This document shows, piece by piece, positions 26,838-38,663 of a DNA stretch of 64,000 nt. How positions within the stretch are numbered: position 1 is the stretch's first letter; every line of letters starts with the position of its first letter. The stretch is from Schmidtea polychroa (taxonomy: Eukaryota): contig CM097886.1 in NCBI GenBank assembly GCA_044892525.1, forward strand, positions 99,448,001-99,512,000, written 5' to 3'. Below the pieces are notes generated by a model. The model saw only the letters and a program-made list of their open reading frames with translations. It did not search any database and was not told the origin of the DNA. The position numbers and the translations under genes were made by a program.

Positions 26838-28124
26838 ACTTATATTCGGTTTTAGGTGTCTTGTAGTATATTTATGTATTGTTGTAGTCTTCAAATAATA
26901 TGTTCCTTGGTAAAATAATGCATGTTTTGTAGTGATAAAATAATGACTAGTATAGTTTATGATTGCCTGGAAAATGAGAGTTTGTGCATAAGGTTGGGAA
27001 AACAATTTGGATGAGGGACCTGAGAAATCGGACACATACCTTCTATCGGTAGTCCGTGAACCCATGGAGTACTCGACAATTATAGTGCTTTGATGCGCTC
27101 ACTTTTTGCGAGTACTCAACCCTTGGTACAGTACCAACGTTGATTACTCAACGGGTACCAAGCGGAAAACCAATGTTGCATGTTGGGTTACGCTGGTAAC
27201 AGCACTTAATCATTCGACCACCAGTAACCCACCACATGCTTCGCCGTCGCCAGAAACGGTGGATATGTTAGCCTATTTGAGCAGAAACTGGAAATTTTGC
27301 GGTGGAAAATAATTGTTTATTTTTAATATTATTAGTACAGGCTGACGCAGGTTATGTAATATAACAGCATTTAGCATTCTTATTTTATTCATAAAAGCAT
27401 CGCAATGTTATTTGATTACAGTTTTAACTTTTAAAGTTTTAATATTTCTATTTTCTGTTCTTTTTGAGGCACTATAATCTTCCTCGGTTTACAATATTTA
27501 GTTCATAAAGCAATAACATCATTTTATGATATTATAGTTTTAACTTTTAATTTTCTGTTTTCTGCCTGAGTTTTTTTACTTGTTCAAAAATGATATAATT
27601 TTGAAAGTCAAACACTACGGAGAGAGATAAAGAGGAAGGAGAGGAAAGATAGAGAGATGATTTTTAAAAGTTTACCAAAGAGTTCATGCAAATAAATGTT
27701 TCTCCATGAATTGTGCTCGAAATATTTTAGTTAAGTTGGAGCACCTCTCCTCCACTCAATAAAGTCTGCATAAGTTTCACAACAAACTGCTCAGGGATAA
27801 GTAACTAATAGTTTTGTACGTCTTCACTGCATTTATTCATTCTTTCAATGAATCATCGTCTTCAGTAATAATTAAGCCTATGATCGGGTACCCGGGTGGG
27901 CCTTTTTGTGGTTTTTCACAGCACCACGCACGAATGCTCCCTAAATGTCTAGTTCAGCCCCATTGTAGCCTTTCCCTCCGTATGTGGTGTCTGAAGGATG
28001 GAACCTTAATGAAATGATATCACTAGAATTATTATAAAAAAAGAGGTCAGCAATTTTTATATTGAATCCAATTATAATTATCAACAATAATCACAGATAT
28101 TTCCCACCACCTTTTATAGGAGGC

Positions 28125-31100
28125 TCAACTTTCCAGGACGTTGTCATCAATCTCATATATAGTCAATGAAGCAATGTGATCGTTTTCAGGCATTATCTGA
28201 GCAAGGAATATTATTGAATGTTGAACGCACGAGAAATCACATTACCTCAAATATTAAATCGTCCACCCCGTAAGCCATCGTTTCGGAACACACACCAGAC
28301 TTGTGACATTGATCAATGAATCTACTGATTTCAACAGGAACCGGGTCGGCCCGGACCAAGATATGTGGTTGTATTTGAGACCACTGAAACAGCATAAGTA
28401 ATGACATTATGAAAAGAGAATCGAATAACTTTTGTAAGAGTTGCTACTTGGAATTTTGAAGCGATATTGTCCAGGTCGGGAATGATAATGTTGTCGACAC
28501 TGTTAACATCCCTATCGAGACTCAAAGAAAAAAAGCAACGGTAATATCTGATGCGAGGAAAGATTTATTAGATAGACAATTAAAGAAAACACCAACGTGT
28601 TAAAAAGATATTCGTCGGGGAAATTCGTATGTAAAATCAGCTTGGAGACGCAATTATCCTCAAATCGAAACATTATGTCAACACCAAGAGTCAGATAGTT
28701 GTAAAAATAGTCCGAATTTCTAAATTTAGGAATAATTGAATATTGAATGATCATTTTCAACCTGTTTTGCATTTTGCTTTCTAATTTTTCTTTTTGTGAC
28801 TTTGATGAATGAATTTTCATTTTATCTTCAGTTTTGAAATAAATTCGATTTGGCGCTCCCAAAGCTGTGATCACATACTGAACCGAATCACCGAATTTTA
28901 TACTTCGCTTGATTTTGACAAGTTTGTCATCTCGATTGCTGTTAATCGCTTGTAAATTCGAGCTGTTGACAACATTAGCAGAGTTCTCTGTCAATACCAG
29001 AAAGAAATCAAAACTTGAAGTTCTGTAGTCTTCTCGATTAATAACAAGTTCTTCTAAAAGAATATTTCCTAAAAAACATTCTAACGGTATTTCCTTTGGA
29101 ATATCGGCATCATTCATAGAATGGCCGTCATAAATGAATGCCGCTGTGGCGACGAGCGGGTTGATATTTCCGGATGGATAAATGCATTGCTGATTGGGAT
29201 TGATGTTGTGATTTATAGACGATAATGAAAACGACAACCCAGTCCGATAGGATAATAGATAGCACTTTTTATTGTTGTCGTAATCTGATATATAATGAAT
29301 ATATAGTAATGTATAGTTATATATATTTTTTCTTTTAAAACAAGGATACGTGACGCCTTGCCATTTCGTTTGGCGTATGTCGCGCTTGAAAATGGAATAA
29401 AGAAACTATATAGCGATAATTTACTATGGTAAATTATCGCTATACAAATATTGAAAAAGATAAAAAAATCAATAGAAGTAAAATTAAAAAATTCTAAATC
29501 GGAAAACTTGAGTAGTTTATATTTTCGAGTGGAATACTACTGAATAAACAGAACAAAAAGAGCTCGTCTATAATAAGGATCCCAAATCGCTCTAAAAGTC
29601 AGAAATAGCCTACAAACTGTTACCAAATCAGCTACAAAATTATCTACAAAATCATCTACAAGATCATCTACAAGATCATCTACAAGATCATCTACAAGAT
29701 CATCTACAAGATCATCTACAAGATCATCTACAAGATCATCTATCAAAATCATTATTAGACCTATTTGTCAAAATTCTCAATTTGTCAGGTTCGGGACCAA
29801 AACTTCGGGTGAAGTATAAAATAGTGTTTTGAATTAATTCTAACCGAAGTTAAACAACTAAGGTTTTACATTTTTTTGATAATAAAAGTTGTTGTTAATT
29901 AAGTTATTTATTATTAATATTTTTAATTATTGTAATTATCGTAACTTGTAGACCCAGCAAACATTCGCTAGTAACATACACGCACCCCGATTGTCCCGTC
30001 ACACTTTTTATCGGTGACTCTTTCGGGCTCTTCAAATCTCCTCTCACACATTACTTAAATACTTAAATACTTAAATACATATATATATATATAATTGCAA
30101 TAAATACAAAGAAATTTAAAGTAAACTATCATCCACCACGAGCCAGAAAATGTTAGTTGTAATGAAAATATCCACACTCAAATCAATCACCATCCAACCG
30201 TACAATTTCATGAAACAAACGAGAAAAGAAACTAAATTATGTAAAACATTATTTAACCAATCGTGTTAGGATACTTGAGTGTGAAAGAATTACATTGAAT
30301 TAGTGGTTTTTACCCCTAAATTATAGTCACATTCTATATGAGGATTTTTATACATTATTTATTCCAAACTTAATCTATTGAGTGATGATTTTGATGTCAT
30401 AATGACGGAAGTTAACACAAAATAGGAATGAGGGACATATTAACATTATTAAGATTCAATGTGTTTATCATAACTGCTTTTTTGCTTTGCGCACCCTTTA
30501 CCAGATCTTTTCACCAAATTGTAACCCCCATGTCTGAGAAATGTTTTCAATTTATTTATTTGCTTATATTTCAAATTAGTACGTTGTTACTGTAACTAAG
30601 CAATCGAATAATAATTAAAAACAATCAAATAACTAGTGAACATATTTATATTTAAACCTCAAAAATTAAACAATCTTAAGTTATTCAAACAATTTAAAGA
30701 AATAGATAGTTAAACGACATTAACTTTTAAAAATAATTATTGCTACCAATCAAATGTACAGATGAATTTCAGTTTCGTACATTACACATATTAGATGCTT
30801 GATTTCTTGAATTAATCACATCCATATTTCAAAAACAAAACAAAACTATATTTTTAAAAACAACACAAAATCTCTCTTATTTAAACAATCTCTATTTTTA
30901 GCCTAGAGGATATTTTCGCAAGCATGAGTTAATAATTGAATAGGGAATATTTAATAAATATTTTATATTTTAATTTTCAATCATTCTTGAATATATTTAA
31001 TTTATTATTTTAATTTATAATTTCATTATCTACTTTTATTATATTATTTAAATCTATTTAAATCTGGAAATTAAAAACTAATTCTATTTAATTACTTTCA

Positions 31101-34100
31101 CATCCCCCTTTTTTTAAAAGCTTTAGCCATTCTGTTTCTTATAATCCTTTTTCCATTCTCAAATTTTACTTCATAACTTCTCTCGTGTATTTGTTATATC
31201 ACTTCGGCAGGTTCAATATATCGATCCTCGTCTTTGTTGTTATCATTTCTTTTTACCAGCACTATGTCTCCTACTTTGAATTTTCTTTCTGTTATTTCGC
31301 TAAACCCATATTCTCAACCGACATATTTGTTGACCATTCTTTATATACTCCTTTTCCAAAAAACTCTTTCACTTTGGGTTTGTCTAATTGTTTTCTGAAA
31401 TGTAGAATTTAACATAAACTCAACTTCTGGTAATAACTTTACCCAATTCTTGTGATCTTTATCTTTTAGAGTGATATGAATGGCGTCTCTAATTGTTCTG
31501 AATTGTCTTTCGATTAGGCAATTTGCTGAATGATGGTACGGGCTTGAAAATATAACTTTAATGTTGTGCTCCTTCATTTAATTATCCATAGCTTTGCTCT
31601 CAAATGCTTTACCTGTGTCACAATGTAGAAATCTCGGCGCACCAAATTTTAAAATTCAATTATTTCTTAAAATTGTTGTAACGGTTTTTCGACTTGTGAT
31701 TTCACTGCGTGTAGTGCCACATATTTACTAAAATTATCGATAATTCCTACAATATATCTCATTCCATACTGACTTTGTTTTAGCGGTTCACAAAAATCTA
31801 TATAGTTTCAAATAAACCTGGATCTGGCATTTTGCAAATTTTCTCTCTATTTCGTGTTGTTGTAGTTTTCCTCTTTTGACAATTTTCATAACTTTGAACT
31901 AAGTCTTGGATCGTTCGTTTCATGTGACTCATTGAAAAATTATTTGACACGTTTCTCAGAAAATTAAAAAGGCCGCGAGGCAAATATTATCAAGGAGATG
32001 ACTTAGTTAAAACGCCATTAATCAATGCGATTATTTTAACTATATAAAGGAACTCAATTTTAGAAACAATCGGCATTTTTCCTCAGATACGAACGAACAA
32101 ATCGAGAGTAGGTAAAAAGGAAAGTTGTTAAAACTAGTAGATAGAATTAACGGAAGAAAAAAGAAAGGATCAAGTTAAGACAAATTATTAAAGAAAAGTG
32201 GTGATTATTTTTAAGAACGTGCAGAACTAACGCGGTCACAGCGAGATTTATCGAATAGTCAGAACATACGTTTTATTGCGATATTCGGAGTTTTGTAAAT
32301 TGTAAATTGTACGCATTCAAATGCAAATATACATTGAATATTGTTTGTTTAATTGCTTTTATAGAACACGTGGAGTCAGAAACACACTTTAATATTTATT
32401 TAAATGAAAACTCAACACAAGTGTATTTTCAATGATAGGCAATGATTGGACAATAATAGATTAATATTAAAATAATAATAATAATAAAATAAAAGTAAAT
32501 AAATTATAAAAATTAATAAAAGTAAGTGAATAATTATAAAAAATAGTAATTCTAATAAAATCATTTATAATCTAAATACATAATTTTCTATATAACAATT
32601 TATGGATGTAATGTTATTGAATTAATTATTAATTATTGATTAATTTTTATACTTGATTAATTTTTTTCAAGTTTTTAATTAATACACTGCTAGAACATGA
32701 AATTTAGAGTTTGACCGATTAATCGGTTACATTCATAATCGGGTCAAATCTTTGGACAATTGCCTTCCCATACGGCGCCGATTGTTCAATATTAGGAATT
32801 CAGAATACTCACTAAATTCGGTATTACTCTGACTTGACAACAAAATATAAAATCCAAAAACACCCTGTTGTATCGTTGTCTAGTTTTAGTGATATATATC
32901 ATTGAGCGATAACAACAGACCGTGTTATATAATTAAATTATATAATATCCAATGCGACATATGGAGGACTCGTAAGAAGAACCAAAATCAAACTTCAACT
33001 TCCAGGTTAGTTATGTTGGGTTATTGAGTTGGTGATAAATTGAATGTTACTCTGACTCCAAACGTGTCTTTATACGATTCACAAATAACACTTGACAACA
33101 GAAATCTTTATTGATAATCACAAATCAACTTTCTCTTTACACTGACAATCAATTCAACACTCTGCTTGGTGTCTATACAACACTTATTACAACACTCGGC
33201 GAGGAATAGCACTTGCGTATAACACCGGATTAAAAGATCACAAATTACTGATTGGTTTATCAACTGGGACTTTGAGCTGGTTGTTTTCTTTGACCTTCTT
33301 CACAAGTTTATTCAAATAATCAAGTAACTTCTCTTTGTTTAATTTTTCAACTAATTCTTTTATTCAAATCTTCTCCAACAATTATTCTTCACAATTATTT
33401 TCTTTACAATTCTTTTCACACTTATTTCTCCAACAGCATTTCGTCCGACGTTGTCTAATTTTCTCTAATAATTTTATCTCACAAATTGTCTCTCACTTTT
33501 CCAAATTTTGTTCTGCTTTCGTGTTCACCAGTTTTCCTTTATATAGTTATTTTGTTTATGGCACTGGTGACAGATTTTGTTTTCCCATTTCCATTTTCTT
33601 ATGCGTTCCCCGCTATGTCAGCCTTTTCTCTGACAGATGTCGAGATATTTTTCCTTTCTCTTTTTTGTTTAACCGCCTTCTCCCAGTAATTCTGTTATCA
33701 CTGGCAAGCTGTCGAGATAAGGATATTGTTGTTTTCCTTTTTTCCTGATTTCAAAATTCCTTTTCCTTTTTGTACTAATTAATAGTACTGACCTTGATTT
33801 TTATTTTCATGTTTGATTCCTTGTATTTCCTTTATCTTTCTCATTTTTAATTTCTTTTTACTTCCGTTTTCTTTTCCGTTTCCGTTATCTTCCCCCAGGT
33901 AATTTTATTTATTTAATTATAACTTGTTATTTAGGTGTCCTCGACAGTTATGTTTAAATATGATTATATAGGCGCAACTCAAAACCTACCTCTTCCGACA
34001 AGCCTACTCCCTACATGATATAATCACCTATACACGTCTCTAGTGACTTACTGATTGGCATGGAGACAGTATAAGTCCTTAACATATAAAAAAAACAAGG

Positions 34101-37100
34101 CAATGATTAAAACATTTCAAATTCTTAGACAATCGGATGTACCGATAAAAGATAATCGGTAGCATCGGGAATCGGTCAAGCTCTAATAAAAATAACAAAT
34201 TATCTAAAGCTAAAATTTAAACATCAAAAAACCCGTCATTGTGATGAATTATAGCTAGTGAAAATAATAATAATAATAACCAGGAGTTTTAGTGTATCCA
34301 AAAATGTTAATAATTTTCTCTTTTGTCGGTAAATCTGGAATTTCATTGAATTTTTTGTTGCTAAATCAAAAACATTCCTCAATACCGATAGAATTGAAAA
34401 TGATAAAAATTTCACAGTACAATTACATGTTAAAATCGAAGCAAATAAAAATATTCCTAGGCCAAACTATTCCAGTTGATGTCATCACAAACCAATAGGA
34501 AATATTTGAGCAAAAAAAATCCAGAAGGATTTAGAAACTGGGAAAACAGAATTCGAAAAGTTTAAGTTTTCCACTATTTCTCAGTTATATATGCGCATGT
34601 CTAATTACAATTATATTCTTCACTCCAACTCTACAGTCCCTCATTTGTTCCTATATTGTTGATACTGATACTGAAAATTGAATATATAAAAGTAGTTCTC
34701 CAACTAAATTTTGGGAAAATAAATTATTATTAGATATTATCACGTAATTGTAGGATTCATTCATTCCCGTCCCTTATGACTTACAGTGCACAGACATGAG
34801 ACACCTTGCAATCAGGGCGTAACTATGGCGGGGGGTGCATTCTCTCACCCCCCAATAAATTATTGATTACCAAATATAAATTAGGGATGAAATATTTTAA
34901 AAAAAACCTTTATTTTGGTTTTGTTATGAGAATTGAATGAGAATAAAAAAACAATGTATATTTTTAGTTTTTTTTTCAATTCAAACCCAAGACTACAACT
35001 ATGCTTGCGCTAGCTATTCTCGTAGTTTTTCAGTCTTTTCGGCACAGCAAAGTACATAGATGAGTGCTGGGTACATGTATCACTGTACTCGGTTACACGC
35101 GTACCCCCCACCCCACTTCTCCGTATTTCTATTTTTCCGTGTCAACTTTTAACATTGCTAGATGAATTTTATATAATTAATAATTTTGCCCCCCCCCCCA
35201 CCTGAAATCTTGGGCTACGTCCCTCTTGCAATTATATTTTCCTTATAATTAAAATTTCATTATAAATCCAATCAATCCAGCTCCATTTATGCTCCTCATT
35301 TCATATGGGAAAACTCGGAAAGTTAGTCAGCGATAACCATAAAATAGAAATTCCAAACCATTTGAAACCTTAATCGAATGTAAAACTGCCATTTAATGTA
35401 GGGGAAAGCAGAAACTGACCCCAATAACAACGCATCTCATTACAATAGGATTGCTAATGCCTACCAATCACACAAACTATGAACCCCGGATTATAAAGCT
35501 TCATTTCTTGACCCTTTTGATAGCCAACTTTCTCTTGCCTAAATCCTTCACTGTAATCATTGAAATAAAAATAATATTGAATAAAATATATTTAAAAATT
35601 GATTGCCAATAATTAGAAATATTTGGGCGATGGTCTAGAATAAGGATATGAAAAAAATAATAATAATCAATTAAAAATTAAATAATTAATAAAATATTTA
35701 AAATAATAAATTTTGATTCCTTAAAATGAAAAAACTTCCAAATCTCTTCGAAATAATCGAAATTACAAAAGAAAGAATGAAAACAATCGAGTATTTACAA
35801 TCTAAAAATGTTTTAAAAAGTGGATTTAATTGTACCTGTGGCAAGCAGATGTCATTAGTAAAAAAAAATACCTTAAAAGATGGTTATATTTTTAAATGCC
35901 CGAAAGCTTGTTCATCATTTTCGGTTAGAAAAAAGAGCTTTTTTGAGAAATCCAAAATTTCTCTCGAAAAGTTAATCTATTTAACGTATTTTTGGGTCAT
36001 GGCCATACCAACAAAAAAGGTTCAGATAATGTTAAAGTTATCAAATCAAACAATGGCAGATTGGAACAATTTCTTGTCCGAAATTTGCTCGACTTCTTTG
36101 TTGAATTTAAGTGAAGATGAGTTCAAAATTGGAGGTCCGAATTGTATCGTCGAAATAGACGAAACACTCATTTCAAAAAAAGCAAAGTACAACAAAGGAA
36201 AACGATATCCGGAAGTTTGGATGTTCGGTGGCATTGAACGAATAACAAATAAATGGTTTGCAGTTATTTTAGAAGATAAAACAAGAGAAACTTTAATTGG
36301 ACATATTAAAAAGTATATAAAACCAGGAACAACAATTTACTCTGATATGTGGCCCGGGTATTACACTCCACACGAATACAATGGAGGGACACTGGGGCAA
36401 TCTAAAAATGGATCTGCGGGGAAGAAGAGGCTGTTCCTTTGAATCTAAAATGTCATTTATTGACTTCAAGATGTGGGTTAATCGGCAGAAAAACAATGAA
36501 GAGCATTTATTAAACATGTATTGGATGGCCGTTTCTGCTATTTATGAATAAATTTATGATTCGATATTATTTTAAATATTTTATTAATTATTTAATTTTT
36601 AATTGATTATTATTATTTTTTTCATATCCTTATTCTAGACCATCGCCAATATTTGGATATAATAAAAATGGACAAATATTTGAACAAGAAAAAACAATAA
36701 TTCAATCAAGTTCATCCAGGCAGTTGGTGTTTGATTGCCATAATCTCTTAATGGGATCATACATTCATAATTATAAGGACGAATTTATAAGATTTAGGCA
36801 TATGATAATCAAGCTTGCCTCAATGCCATCACTATATAGATAACTCAAAGTAAACAATTGAAGCAACCCATTGCTAAATTAAGGTGTTAAAAGTATATTT
36901 TATCCTTATCGTTACAAAGTATCATATTTAGTCAATAATATATTCTACAATTGTTAAACTACCAAAAAGCATTAATGATTTGCCTTACCAGTAATATAAA
37001 GAAACCAAGGATAAATCGTAGATTTCAATCATCTGTTGATTAACCACGATAAAGATTAATTAAAACATTATTATTTTTACTTTTAATCTTTGGACTTTAG

Positions 37101-37335
37101 AATCAAAAATTAATTTAATTCCTTCATTAAAAAGAGTAATAATTATATCCATATGCATTGGAACTTTATAAGAATACAAAAAGTCAACTTTCTTGAAATA
37201 ATCATCCGTGTGATTGGAAATGATATCAATAGCTTGATTTATTGGCATTCCGATTATAAATTTCCAATTTGGAATTTCAAAATTTTGATACAAGCTGTAT
37301 TCCACTTCAATTGTCAATTTAAGATCTTTCTTCAT
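28125..37335 (-). CDS. PHAF1: PHAF1/C16orf70 (UPF0183) homolog; exons 37335-37081, 37032-36989, 34360-34281, 29284-28597 (possibly split by a 42-nt intron at 28761-28720), 28547-28430, 28383-28246, 28196-28125; 464 aa (450 aa if the extra intron is spliced)
   Basis: The GT-AG joined exons total 1395 nt in frame. They match C16orf70 motifs: WKFIIGMPINQAI..QRLK, LPT..I..FG, FGDSVQYVITALGAPNRIYFKTEDKMKIHS, DYFYNYLTLGVDI..LHTNFP, YYRCFF, LIFE and HIASLTIY. Confidence 0.9.
29641..29745. repeat. 12-bp tandem repeat (TCTACAAGATCA, about 8 copies) in PHAF1 intron 3
   Basis: Read directly from the sequence. Confidence 0.9.
31103..31990 (-). pseudogene. Degraded Ty3/gypsy integrase with a polypurine tract
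   Basis: Zn-finger remnant (MKRTIQDLVQSYENCQKRK) and core SSPYHHSANCLIERQFRTI. On the minus strand AAAAAAAAGGGGGA is followed by TG at ~31102. Confidence 0.7.
33014..33946. mobile_element. Solo LTR (933 bp)
   Basis: TGTTGGG...TCGACA ends, 4-bp TSD GTTA, homologous to 14224-15611. Confidence 0.85.
33960..34085 (+). mobile_element. Possible 3' tail of an L2/CR1-type LINE
   Basis: CTCAAAACCTACCTCTTCCGACAAGCCTAC (LKTYLFRQAY) is followed by a short 3'-UTR-like stretch. Confidence 0.45.
34813..35224. mobile_element. hAT-type MITE in PHAF1 intron 2
   Basis: 8-bp TSD CTTGCAAT; imperfect TIR CAGGGCGTAAC / GCTACGTCCCT. Confidence 0.75.
35626..36647 (+). mobile_element. Merlin (IS1595/ISXO2-like) DNA transposon in PHAF1 intron 2
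   Basis: ~85-bp TIR beginning GGCGATGGTCTAGAATAAGG and 8-bp TSD AATATTTG. Confidence 0.9.
35726..36551 (+). pseudogene. Merlin transposase with an internal deletion and frameshifts near the C-terminus
   Basis: VEIDETLISKKAKYNKGK..WMFGGIER..TIYSDMW are in frame. HTNTMEGHWGNLK lies in another frame, and the NHS..FVDP segment is missing. Confidence 0.85.
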
Positions 37336-37645
37336 TGACTAAAAAATAGATAAAAGTTAATTATTTAAAAAACGAAATATTTATCAAAATGACCTTAGAG
37401 AGATTAAAACATTTGAACCACAGATAAAATTCCAATTTGTCCATTTCGAAATTTTTCATAATATTAAATTCATTACAACATCAATGTATATATTTCTTTT
37501 CATTTTATGATATAGGTATACTTGTATCTTGTTCGATATGTTGATATCCAAATCAAATTCCTTGGCATTTTTATATACCAAGGGTCTTAAGCTGCATCGA
37601 AATGGCACTGATTTTTATTATATAATGAATAATGCTAGTGTAAAT

Positions 37646-37941
37646 GGTTCTAGGAAAAAATGTCTCCGGACAAAATGTTATGTGGACAAAATGTAATTGG
37701 ACATAATGTCATGGACAAAATGTGGACAAAATGTACATACTCAGAGTTTATCCGACAAAATATTTTGTCCCCCTATGGGTATTGGTCGCAAAGGTACTGA
37801 TCACACTCAACATGTCGCAATGGTATATTATCAACAACATTTATACCATGACATTTTGTCCACGGCATTTTGTCCGCGACATTTTGTCCAATGACATTTT
37901 GTCCACATAACATTTTGTCCACGACATTTTGTCCGGCCACC
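37646..37941. mobile_element. MITE with GGACAAAATGTC subterminal repeats, ~310 bp upstream of the PHAF1 ATG
   Basis: 8-bp TSD GTGTAAAT and mirror arrays of GGACAAAATG / CATTTTGTCC. The core is shared with 391-445. Confidence 0.8.
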
Positions 37942-38663
37942 GTGTAAATTAATTGTTGACTAATAAATTAATCTTTAAAATATATGTTCTATTTTTATAT
38001 TAGAATTTATTTATTTTAATTAAAGTGTCAATAACCTCACGAATCTTTATAATCGTTAAGTATTTTTAACTTTTGCAAAATTCATAATTTTTAGGTAATT
38101 ATAAAAAAATTTATCTAGTATCACTCCTGTATTTAACAGCTTTCTTATTTAGGGGTATGTTGTTCACGAAACGAAAACAAAGATGAAACAAAATTTATTC
38201 ACATGGGCATTTATATTCTGACCAGTTAAATTTCCTAACAACCATCGTCGACTCTCATTCGACCACTCATATCCATCGATTTTGGTGTAACAGTTTTTTG
38301 TTAACTTTCATTATCTAATAAATCATCTAATACATTCAAAAAATATTTAAAATCGCAACCACTTCAATAAAAAGAATAATAAAAATGGCGATAATTAAAA
38401 CAAAATATCAATATTATGTAACTGTGAATCTGATTGCGTAAATATATGTACTGTATAAACACCGATGATTATGTAATAGTGTTGGTGTTTATTGGAAAAA
38501 GCGAGGTGGGGAATCAATTAACTCTTTACAAACGCCAAGTATTTACAGATTTCCGACCAATGTACCCAAGACGATCTTCATGTTGGTGCTGTACACTGTT
38601 ATCCAGAGTCAGGAGATAGGTGAGCTCCTATCTTACAACTACTCCCTCCCATACTCTCTAACT

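Larger units (their letters stand above)
20518..27234 (+). mobile_element. Solo LTR A of the giant Ty3/gypsy family (6.7 kb including a Penelope insertion and two gaps)
   Basis: TGTTGGG...CCCACCA ends and 4-bp TSD CATG (20514-17, 27235-38). Its 5' ~2 kb and 3' ~1.7 kb are colinear with 43087-47425. Confidence 0.9.
19080..27311 (+). pseudogene. Decayed Ac/ZBED1-type hAT transposase, interrupted at 20518-27234 by a solo LTR
   Basis: BED-finger remnant (LCKMVV..STLRHHL..AH), FTTDMWTS..YMSVTAHW, VHDNGSN and CFHHTLQLA are present. The C-terminus IPATSVPSESAFSTVGHLLNSKH continues after the LTR as ASPSPETVDMLAYLSRNWK. Confidence 0.85.

Noticed and set aside
18100-27926. Candidate ends of the decayed Ac-type hAT (GCTGTGA at ~18104, TCACAGC at ~27916)
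   Set aside because: The TIR match is only ~7 bp and no 8-bp TSD was found, so boundaries were not called.
29537-29752. DDLV-repeat ORF
   Set aside because: It is the translation of a 12-bp intronic tandem repeat.
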